DNA from: Lama guanicoe
Lineage: Eukaryota
Direction of reading: 5' to 3'
Assembly: GCA_013239625.1 (NCBI GenBank)
Contig: MU054466.1
Coordinates: 62,001-126,000 of the forward strand
DNA length: 64,000 bases
Shown here in pieces: positions 23,135-33,190 of this stretch; position 1 is the stretch's first letter, and every line of letters starts with the position of its first letter. Below the pieces are notes generated by a model. The model saw only the letters and a program-made list of their open reading frames with translations, did not search any database and was not told the DNA's origin. A program made the translations under genes and the position numbers.

Positions 23135-23893
23135 CTCCCGACGGGGGCCCGATGAGCACAGCTATGGCCTCCAGCAGCAGCACGAGGCCGATGGCGCTGG
23201 AGAATTTCTGGGTGCCCACGATGGCCATGAGCACCTCGAACTGCAGGGCCCCCACCATGCCGTAGGAGATGCCGAAGAAGATGCAGAAGACCACCAGGCC
23301 GCCGTAGTCTCTCGCCGTGGAGCCCGTGAGGTCGGTGAAGCCGTTGAAGAACATGGCAAAGCTGAAGAGGTAGACGGAGTAGGGCCGCACCTTCTTGAGC
23401 CCTGCGATGAAGCCGGCGGTGGGCCGGGCAAAGATGTCGATGAAGCCCAGCACGGTGAGCAGGAAGGCCGCCTGGGTGTCGGGCACGCCCAGGTCCTTGG
23501 CGTAGCTCACTACGAACACTGGTGGCACGAAGAGCCCCAGCACCATGATGGAGGCAGCGAGCGCGTAGACGACGAAGCCTCGGTCCCTGAAGACACTCAG
23601 GTCCAACAGCCGCCGTGGGGCCCGCGGGGGTGCAGGCCCCGCGGCTGGCCGGGGCGCCTCCAGAGGCCGCATGAGTGCAGCGCACACGCAGCAGTTGAGC
23701 AGTAGGCCGCCCAGGATGAGGAAGCCGCCCCGCCAGCCGTAGTGATCCTGCAGCAGCTGCCCCAGCGGGGACAGGGCGCACAGGAACACGGGGCTGCCCG
23801 CCGCCGCCAGCCCGTTGGCCATGGGGCGCCGCCGGCTGAAGTAGCGGTTGAGCATGATGAGCGACGGCTGGAAGTTGAGCGCCAGACCCAAGC
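23135..23893 (-). CDS. SLC16A3: MCT4 third coding exon
   Basis: ccccag|GCTTG...GGAG|gtaagt; 759 nt; [19 protein letters not shown]...[11 protein letters not shown]; MFS transmembrane helices. Confidence 0.97.
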
Positions 23894-24053
23894 CTGGGGG
23901 GCGGTGGGCGGTGGGCAGTGAGCATGTGCCCTTTCCCTCCCGCCCCCCGCTCTTCCCAGCACAGGCCCGGCCTGACCCGCCCCGCCCAGGGGAGAGAGAC
24001 GGGGACAGAGGACTGGCTGGCACCGGTGCGGACACCCCGTGGCTGCCCCCCCC

Positions 24054-24160
24054 NNNNNNNNNNNNNNNNNNNNNNNNNNNNNNNNNNNNNNNNNNNNNNN
24101 NNNNNNNNNNNNNNNNNNNNNNNNNNNNNNNNNNNNNNNNNNNNNNNNNNNNNNNNNNNN
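24054..24160. other. Assembly gap (107 N) in an SLC16A3 intron
   Basis: N run flanked by C homopolymers. Confidence 0.99.
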
Positions 24161-24266
24161 CCCCCCCCACCCCTGGCCCCCGTCCTTCCGAGCCATCGTC
24201 GCCACCCGGCCACCACTGAGCAGCAGAGGCGCCACGGCCCACCCTGCTCCTGCCGGTCCCACTCAC

Positions 24267-24410
24267 CTGTGATGACGCCGGTGGTGAGGTAGAGCTGGAT
24301 GATGCTTCCGCAGAAAGACGCGGCCACCATGCCCAGGGATGCCAAGAGGCCGCCTGCGAGCATGACAGGCCGGCAGCCAAAGCGATTCACACACACGCTG
24401 CACAGTGGGC
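24267..24410 (-). CDS. SLC16A3: MCT4 second coding exon
   Basis: ccccag|GCCCA...CACAG|gtgagt; 144 nt; GPLCSVCVNRFGCRPVMLAGGLLASLGMVAASFCGSIIQLYLTTGVIT. Confidence 0.97.
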
Positions 24411-24875
24411 CTGGGGGATGGCAGCGGCTGAGGAGCAGGCCGAGGTTCTCCCCGGCGCCCCCGCCCCCAGCTCAGCAGACACGCCAGGAGCACCGGGCGC
24501 CCAGAGCGGGAACCACACTCGCACATCTCCCGAGCAAAGCACGGTTCATAAGGAGAGCTCCTTGCTAGAGGCGTCTGCTTAGTCTGTGCAGACAGCAAGA
24601 ACCTGCAGAGCACAGGGCCTGGAGCCCCCGTCCTCTAGGACCGAGTACAGCTGGACGGACACAGCCCGTTGGACAGGGCCGCACACAGCCTCGGCATGTG
24701 CTCAGTCTGCCCACTGGGGACCACAGCACTCTCAGTGGCTTCTCTCCAGGCACCCCTGGAAACCTGGGATGTACCGGCCAACCCCCGACCACAGGGCCTC
24801 TTTGCCCAAGGGAGGCTCTCTGAACTGAACTGAGGGGACCCCCAGAGGTGACCGCCTGGCCGCCGCAGCCCTCAC

Positions 24876-25098
24876 CTGTCCCGTACAACATGGCCAGCAA
24901 GATGGAGGAGATCCAGGCCGAGTCGCTGTAGCCAATCCCAAACTCACGCATGAGTTCCTTGAAGAAGACACTGACCGCCTTGGGGAAGGCGTAGGAGAAG
25001 CCCGTGATGACGAAACAGCCCCAGAGGACGGCCCAGCCCCAGCCCCCATCAGGGGCCTTGATGCCTGTTGGGCCCTCGTCGACCACGGCCCCTCCCAT
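24876..25098 (-). CDS. SLC16A3: MCT4 first coding exon (exon acceptor at 25123)
   Basis: gccATGG Kozak; [25 protein letters not shown]... with the MCT motif PDGGWGW; donor GACAG|gtgagg; 223 nt. CDS total 1380 nt = 459 aa. Confidence 0.98.
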
Positions 25099-26503
25099 GG
25101 CCAGGAGGGCAGGTTCCGCGTCCCTGAGAAAGAGGAAGCCAGGCTGTCAGGACCATCCAGCCCAGCATTGCAGGGACAGAGGCGCACCTGAAGGCCGGCC
25201 ACCCCTCCCTTCAGGCCTCCGCCCCCAGCAGGAGCTCAGCCCTGGGCCAGGCCAGCTGCCCCTGCCTCTGGGCCTCACCTGTGCTGGGCACTGGGCACAG
25301 GGCAGGAGGGTCTGGGGTGACCAGCAACTGCGGCCCCTCCTCCCTCCTCTGCTCAGGCCTGGCCTGCTCCCATGCAGCTGGCTCTAAAGGGCAGTGGCTT
25401 TTTTGGGCTCAGCCAGGGCTCAGGTTACCTCCTGAGGAGGGCAGACCCCAGCAGAGGAGCCAGCTTGCTCCCGCCTCCCGCCTGACCCGGTGTCCCACCA
25501 CGGCCAGCACCTCGCAGCTCCTCAGGCAGTGAAGCTGCCCTGGTGGGGACCTGGGGCCGATCTAGGCTGGTGTCCCCAGAGTCCTCTATCTAGATGGTGG
25601 CCAGCCTTGCTCCTCCACCCCAGGGAGGGCAGGGCTTCCCATCCTGTCCACTGATCACACGGCAGAACAGTGAGCATCTGAAGAGGCTTACGCAGGCTAT
25701 GCCTGTGGGGATGGAGTGGGGGCTGCCAGCGGGGAGGAGCAGGTGGGGAGCGGGGATGGGGGCCCCTGCCCAGCGTGCAGGCCCTGACTGTCCCCACCGT
25801 TGTTACCCACCCAGCTCCTCTGGGAGAGGCCCAGCCTCCCCTCCGTGCAGTTCAGGGACCTGCAGGGCCAGCCCAGGTAGAAGTCACCTGCAGGAGTTTA
25901 ACTCCCCTGACAAGAAAGCCAGCCACTGGAGCGAAGCACTCCAGCCCCCAGGCTGCAGAGAGGAAGAGGGAGCTGGCCACACCCACTGCCAGCCCATGGC
26001 CCCCACCCCATCGCCGAGGCCCAGGGCCGACTTCCCTCTTAAACCCCAGGAACTCAGCTCATTTGAGGCACAGTAACTTGAAATGCTATGGCCAGGTTTC
26101 CATCTAGAGACCACTCAACCCTCCCTGATCCTAGCTCTAGAAATCCCCAATGTCAGAGATCAGCCTGGTGGCCTGGTCCCCCACCTCACCTGACAGAAGC
26201 TGTCCGGAGGAGAGACTCCTCGCTGCAGGCGCTGGGAGGGGAGAGCTGCCCCGAGGCCCGCGCCTTCTTGGACCCAGCGGCTCGCGGCCCACTGAAGCTC
26301 TGTCTTTTCCCACTGCTGGCAGTGGCCTAGAAACGAGCTCTCTGAAATGCGGTGTGAGTGTCTACCTGCACGGACACCAGAGAACTCTGAGCAGGAGCGC
26401 TGGGGCGAGTGGCGCCGACAGCCCCCTTCCTACCAGCCCGCCCACCCGGGTTTCATAATCAGTCCTGGCTCCACCCCCACCCCTTTTCCTCGGATCCGTC
26501 TTA

Positions 26504-26628
26504 ACCTGGCACAGCCCCCTGGGTGGCCACTTCTGCATCAGAGGCACACACAGAACCTGGGACAGGAGTCTGCAGCGAGGACAAAGGCCTCTGTGCCTGG
26601 CTAGTCTGAGCAGAGCTTCCCAGCGTGG
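26504..26628 (+). repeat. Copy 1 of a ~120-bp diverged local direct repeat
   Basis: acctggcacagccccctgggtggccacttctgc...cacagaacctgggacaggagtctgcagcgaggaca...agtctgagc. Confidence 0.85.
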
Positions 26629-27227
26629 AGGGCAAAAGAATGCGGAGAGTAACACACCACATCAACCCCCGCCTCCAGCCTGCCCCCCAGCATCCCGGCC
26701 ACAGGTGCTACGCTCTCTGGGGTCCTGATTCAGTGGCCTCTGGGGATCCGGGCTCTGACTTGGCAGGCGTGTTGGGGAGGGTGTTTTTAAGGGCTTCCTA
26801 GGGGGCTCCGAGCAGCGGCTGCTGTCTGTGACACCACTTGGTGGCCGGACCCCCAGGAGCCAGCTGGCTATCAGGGTGCTGGCACGGCAGACCCAGCCCC
26901 CCGGAGCAGAACCGCGGCCCTGCCCACCCCCCCAGGTTGGGCCAGAGGTCCACCTTCAGAGCCTGCACTGGTTCCCAGCTGGACCAGGGCCGCAGGGCCA
27001 CTCTCGGGAAAACCAAGAGAAGCCGTTGCTTCTCCCGGCACCCAGACCCCAGTGCTTTCCAAGCACCTTGCCCCGGTGCTCGGACGGCTCCTGGACTTCA
27101 GTGAGCAGAATGGAGGGTGAGTCTGGGGCCAAGGGCTGGGCAGCTGTCTGGAAACACGGCTGGAAGGTGCACAGGGATGCCCCAGCCAAGGGAGCCCAGT
27201 GCCTGCAGCTGTGCGGGCAGACGCGGG

Positions 27228-27348
27228 ACCTGGCACAGCCCCTGGGCGGCCACTTCTGCCCCGGAGGTGCACAGAACCTGGAGCAGGAGTCTGCAGTGAG
27301 GACAGGGTTCCTCTGCACCCGGACAGTCTGAGCCCAGCTTCAGCGTGG
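27228..27348 (+). repeat. Copy 2 of a ~120-bp diverged local direct repeat
   Basis: acctggcacagcccctgggcggccacttctgc...cacagaacctggagcaggagtctgcagtgaggaca...agtctgagc. Confidence 0.85.
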
Positions 27349-27445
27349 CCCACCCCAGGCGCTCCTCCAGGGCCCAGCCTCTGACTGCGCAGCCACATGC
27401 CCGAGCCCGGGACAGGACACGTGGGCAAGTGTCAGCCGCAGCCAG

Positions 27446-27560
27446 ACTCACCGGGTGGGGGCACCGAGGCAGGCGCAGCAGGGTGACTTAAAAAAAAGTA
27501 AGTATAACTTGGGAACAGGAACACACTGTGACGCAGCAGCACCACTTAAGGTGAGTCAAG
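27446..27560 (-). promoter_or_regulatory. Candidate internal SLC16A3 promoter or non-coding exon
   Basis: Minus-strand donor cg|gtgagt (27446-27451); ARE-like GTGACGCAGCA 27528-27538; AP-1 TGAGTCA 27552-27558. Confidence 0.5.
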
Positions 27561-30149
27561 CGGCCACGCGGACGCCACGGGGGGAGTGTGTGGGCCAGGC
27601 AGCTGCAGCCCAACTCCGACACCCCGAGAACAGATGAGGCCTGAGGCACGCCCAGGGACCTCCCTGGCTGCAGCAGCCGTGCCTGGTGCCCCAGCCTTTG
27701 AGGCCCGTTCTCTGCCCGCCAGGCCCCTCGGGAGAACTAGCGCCTGGGAGGGCGCCCAGGCCCAGAGATCAGGCGGGTCCAGCGTGTCCGCGGTCCTGTG
27801 TGGGCCCAGGAGCTGCCACGTGAGGCTCCTGCAGGGAGGGGGCCACCTTCTGTGCCTGAACCGAGGCCCAGCGGGGTCATCCCTCCCGCCAGCTCCTGAA
27901 GGCCCCAGAGGCTCTTCACACACTGCTGTCTGCCAGCTAATTCCCCAGCCCGGGTGCCAGGCACACTGAAATGGCGCCCATCCTGGTTCCTGGCACCAGC
28001 CGGTCCTCAGAGTGAGGTTTCTCAGCCAGTAGAGGGAGGGGTTGGGCAAGCAAGGAAGAGAGGATGGAGGGTGGAGTGCAGGGCAGGCGGGCGCGGGCCT
28101 GGGTTTGGGGCAAAAGGATTCTGCCCAGCAGGGGGAGTTGGGAAGGGACTGGGATTCACAAGAGCAAAGTGGCCTCCTCAGCCCAGTCCGCCCTGCAGAG
28201 GAGGCCGGCTCAGGCACAGGCTGCCCGACAGTCAGATGGCTGCAGGAAAACCCAGGGCCGGAGGAGCAGCCTCCCGCGGGCTGGTCGGGGACTCGGTGCG
28301 ATGCAGAGGGAGGTGGCACCAGCACATCTGTGGGCACATGCCGGCCGGCTGTCCTTTCAGTGACATTTACTCTCCCAGGGAAGCACGCAAACCACGTCCC
28401 CAGCCCAGAAATAACCCGCCCTCTGGGCCTCAGAAAGCTGATCTTGAAGGTGGGGTGCGCGTGCCCGCTTCTGGGTCAGGTAAGGCTCCAGGGGCTGCCC
28501 CCCCCACCCCGGTCCTGGCAGCCGAAAGCCGAGCAGAGGAAGGCCTGAGGCAGAGCGTGCACCGGGTCCCTCCCAAATCAGGGTCTCCTACCAGCTGCTC
28601 CCTCAGGCCCACCGGGGTGAGCACCCAAGCTGGGGTCAGGCTCCAGCTTCTCCTACATCACCCGTCTCCCCAGTGCCCCCTTCTCTGCCTGCACTCACAC
28701 GGTTTCAAATGCCATCTTGGTGCCCACTGTGTCCGGCCTCACCCCCACCCCCCATCTCCACCCAGAGGGCTAGTGCAAACCTCATACCATGCTCCCAACC
28801 TGACCTCTCCCACCCCCACCTCAGAGCCATGACCTCTGCGTCCTGTTGGCCTCACCACCTCCCAGTAAGTCCCCCCACCAGCCACTCTGATGCAGCCACA
28901 GGCCCACTGCTGCCCTGGCGCACCCTGGCATGCACCCTGTTAGGCCTCTGTACTAGCAGTCCCCTCACCCACCCTGGGTCCAGGGTCTGTGGCCTGGCAG
29001 TCCCCAGAGCAGGCCATGAACGCGTGGAGTCTAGTGTGGGGGCCCCCAGCCCTAGTCCCGGCGGCCTGTCCCCAGGGCGTAGTCGGTGTGCCTTCTGGGG
29101 GGGCTGGCCAGTTACCTCACTAGGCTTCTAGTCCTCGGAGACCAGCTCCTGGGCGGGTGGGGCAGGAAAGGGGCAGTCACAGTCCTTCCTATTCTCCTCG
29201 CACCAGGAGGCCCAGGAGACACACCTGAGCACTAGGGAAACAGCCCAGGGTGGCTAGCACCTGGCTCCTCAGGGCCTAAGGCCCCTGAAGCCCATGGGGG
29301 TGGCTGACGGGCAAGGGGGTGCTGCACCCACAGGAGGGAGGAGGGCTCCCCTTCTTCCTTCCCCCACTACCCCGTTGTGCAAGCAGGTAGCCAGCAGATC
29401 TCAGAAGGCACCTCTGGTCAGAGTGCCTGTCCCCTTCAAAGGAGGGGAAAGGACTCCAGATGCTCACCTCAGCCCTGCCCAGACCTGTGTTTGGAGCTGT
29501 GACTGGAGGGAGGTGCCTGGGGCTTTTTCTGGGGAGGTGGGAGGGGTGCAGTGGGTGAGGGTCTGCCCCAAGCCTGATCAGGCCTGCTAAGTCCGGCCTG
29601 AGCCCTCCACCCCACCTCCACTGACCACGCAGCTCTCTAGTGCATGCGCAGTGCCCCTGGGAGCTCTCAGGTGGGCTGCGTCTTCCTGCAGGGGCTGGTG
29701 GGGTGGAAACAGTGGCCTCATTCACCAAAGTGGACACTGCGCCCCAGGCCTGCCCCTCGCTCTGAGTCCTCGCTCTGAGGCATTCGCTCTGCACCACCGT
29801 CACCACGTTATGACCAAGAGGAGGTCACTGGAGGATGGCTCTGGGGCGTCTCTGTGCTAACCAAGTCTCAGCTCCTCCTATAGAAAGTTCAGAGAGCAGT
29901 GAGGAGGGGCAGGAGGGGGCCCAAGCCACCTCCTCCAGGCCTGGAGGCTGCTCATCCACGTAGCCACCTTGTCCCATTCCTCAACTCCCTGCAGCCCCCA
30001 CCCCCAAAGCCTGTGACCTAAGACCAAGGCCCAGAGGTGGTCTCTGTGTCAGCAAGCCCCGCCAGCCCCGCCAAATCCGGGCCCCCAGCTCCCGACACCA
30101 CCAACGGGGCCTCAAGGGCCAGTGGGCGGAGGTGGCTGGGGAGGCAGGA

Positions 30150-30650
30150 AGGCCGGGTAGGGAACGTGGAACGTGGAGGGACCTTGGGCTCCACCCTCTA
30201 CCCCCCCCCACCCCCTCCGCGCTGGAGAGAATAGGAAGGCCGCTCCTTCCCGCTCCAGCTTCCGGATGGGCAGGTGGGGGTCGGGCCGACCCCGCCCGGC
30301 GGAGGGGAAGGGAGGATGCTCTGCGGGCCCCGCCCCGGCCCTGCTCCTCTGCCTGCCGTGCGCGGGACGTGGGGGACGTGACCGCGCCAAGGGAGGAGCC
30401 GCCGCCGTATTGCCTGGAGTAGGCGCCTTCCTCGTCGGCTACCGTATTGACCGGAGCGCACATTCCACGCTCGGGGCCGCCGGGGTCAGCAAGATCCGGA
30501 GCCGCGCTGGGCATCCCCGCTTGCCGAAGGGGGCCCCGCGGCTCCCCCATGACCGGACCCGCTTCATTTTTCCTCCGTTGGGGCCGGTCCAGGTGGGCGG
30601 GGCTCCAAACACTGACTGAGAACTCTAGGTCTCGGGGACCCGCTTCCCTG
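30150..30650. promoter_or_regulatory. Intronic CpG island in SLC16A3 with ACGTG (HRE) cluster and GC boxes
   Basis: High CpG density; ACGTG at 30164, 30171, 30367 and 30376; CCCCGCCC boxes. Confidence 0.6.
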
Positions 30651-31999
30651 CCTGGCCCATTTCATAGATGGAGACTGATGTCGGAAGGTCTGCACTGGCC
30701 AACGCAAAGCCCCGGGGAGCCCCAGGCCCTGTCTGATCCCGCCGCGCCCTTACCTCCGGGCCCAGTACTGGGCGCATGGAGGCCAGATCAGGAGGCCCCT
30801 GCTAGGACTTGATGGCTAGACACAGCCCTCTTCTCCACTGGCCACTTCTAGAAGGGCCAGCCAGGGCCCCCCAGGTCACTCTATGAGGCTCCTCACCTCT
30901 AAGGGGCGGCACCGGGCCCCTTCAAGCCCACCAGGTCAACGTGAGGACTGCCTTGGAGCAAGTCAGCCTTGTCAGAGGGACATCACCAGCCAGTGTGTGG
31001 GACCCCACAGGCCGCCCTCCACACACACTCCCTGGCCAGTGTCCTGGAGAGCATGAATCTCCTCCCACCCCGCCCCGAAGCTGCCTTCCAAACTGAGGTA
31101 TCCAGCTGGAATGGGTGACAGCCAGGTTGCCTCCTGGGTTTAGGCCCTGCCCAAGGTCACACGGGGTTGTTTCAGAGCCTGCCTTAGGACCAGGCCTCAG
31201 TGTCCACCCCAGGCTCTGCCTTCACCACAGACTGCTGGGCAGGAAGGCTCCACACCCTCCTGGGCACTGCCACGCATGCCCTCAGGGCCTCTTAGGGGCA
31301 GACCTCCCACCGTGGGAGCAACTCTTCAACTGCTGGGCCCACGGGGGCCCAGTTCACCCTCCAGGACACTCTAGCATCTGCCCCTGTCCTCCTAGCACCT
31401 ACCTGACCCCTAGAGACCCTTGGGCCTTCAGAATGAGGCAAAGGCTCCTAAACCCACCCGCCACTCACCCCTGCTCTTGGCTTTGGAGAAGCGCCTGTGG
31501 CCTGGGTTGCCTGAGGCAGTGGGTCCAGCTGTCATCTGCTGTCCCTCAGACCACTCAGCCTGGCCACAGTCATCGCAGAATTATCCGGGCAGCCCAGGCC
31601 CCTCTGGATGTGCAGCTCAGTGCGTCTGGACAGAGAAGCACTCTGTTCATCCCTCACCCAGACTCCAGGCACCCCCATCCCCACAAGTGGCCATGACCCC
31701 GACTGCCTCCCTTCCACTGCCATGCCTGCCGACCTCACCCAGCTAGGTGAGCTGCCGGCCCACTTTTCAGGTGAGTAAACCAAGGCCCCTGAGGCCCCCA
31801 ACTCGTTTGCCCAGGGCTATGGGCATGGGATGGGAGTAACGCGAGCTCGGGGAGTCCAGTCTGATCCCGGGGAGGGGACTCCCCGCCTCCCTGTCTGGAC
31901 CGGAAGCCGTCGCCCGAGGGCGTGTGTGGATTAGTGTTTAGGACAGCGGTGAGAACCGGGAGGAGATGAGGGAGAGGACCGCCCTTGGGTACCACCAGC

Positions 32000-33130
32000 T
32001 CGGCGCCGCTGGTCCCAGAGCGCACGTGCTCCTCGCTCCTTCGGTAAGGGGGCTTGGCCCGGGCGTTAGCCCCACCAAATATAGCCGGTGCACCCCCGCC
32101 GCTAGCCGCGGACCAAGCTATTTATACCCGGGACCCGGCTTGGCCTCCCGGCGGAGCTGCCTACTGGCCAGAGCCCAGCCCCCGAGGGTCATCCGACGGA
32201 GAGGCCCCCGGACGAGGCGGGGAAGTCGAGGTCGTGCGGTCCGGCCCGGCCCGGATCCGAGGGCATGAAGGGGTGCGGCTAGCTTCCCAGGCCCCTTACC
32301 GGGGGCCGCCGGGGGTCGGGGGGCTCGTCTGTGCCCGGAGCGCCCCCAGCCCAGGATGGGAAGAGGCGAGGAGCAAAAGCGCGGACCCGGGGGCCGTCCC
32401 CACGCCGGGAGCACACCCAGCGCCCCGGCGGCTCGCAGGTCCCAGCCCCCGGCCCGCCGAGCATCCGGGCCGCGCCTACCTGCCGCCGCTGCGCCGCCGC
32501 CGCCGGCCTCTGCCCTCCTCGCTGCCGGGCGCCGAGCCGGGGGCGACTCAGGGCTCCGGTCGCTCGCGAGGCACGTCCCCCGTGCACGTCACTGCTGCCT
32601 GGCGCCGCCCCTGTCCGCCCCGCCCGGACCCCGCCGGAGTGGCGCCCCAGCGCTCCCCGACGGCGCGGACCCCGGCGGGAGCCGTGCCTTCTAGACCTGC
32701 CAGCCCCGCGCCCCCGCGCCCTCAGACCCGCCCCCGACCTCGCCAGCCCCTGATGCTGCGCTGGGAGCCTGGGCGCGCGGCCCCTCCGGCCCCTCCATCT
32801 CCCACTCTGCGCGCTCGCCTCCCTCTGCCCCGGATTGATGGGAGCGCGACCGGGTCCCGCGTCCTCTGGGACAGTGACTCCCTCGCCTCCCACGCCCGGG
32901 CAGAGCCCTCCGACAGGTGGGGGCGCGCACACAGCCGCACCCCACGCCGTGAAAGTGTCCGCGGACCCTGCGGGGTTTCCGCCTCCCTCCTCAGCTCTGG
33001 GGCCAGCAGGCCTCTCTCGCCCCCTAGGATCAGCGCCCCCATCCAAACCTTGGCTTCCTCCAGGGCGCGGGCGGCGGCGGCTTCTCCCAGGTAGGAGAGC
33101 AGCGCCTGCCCCCCACCCCCACCCCCGCGC
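32000..33130 (-). promoter_or_regulatory. SLC16A3: SLC16A3 CpG-island promoter with non-coding exon 1 (donor at 32480) and two HREs
   Basis: Dense CpG; minus-strand gcag|gtaggc; ACGTGC on minus at 32571-32576 and 32584-32589, just upstream; consistent with established HIF-1 induction of MCT4. Confidence 0.8.
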
Positions 33131-33190
33131 TGCCTGGGTGATCTTGGGCAAGACCGTCATCCTCTCTGACTTCCGTTTCCCTCTGTGGCT
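33128..33190. mobile_element. MIR core fragment
   Basis: gctgcctgggtgatcttgggcaag...ctctctgacttccgtttccctctgt. Confidence 0.55.

Noticed and set aside
23082-24396. 432-aa and 421-aa minus-strand ORFs spanning the N gap
   Set aside because: Artefacts of reading through Ns and introns; the true MCT4 frame is recovered by splicing
26504-27348. Spaced direct repeats as a CRISPR-like array (also 60418-61180)
   Set aside because: Only two copies each, spacing above 700 bp, mammalian intron context and no cas genes
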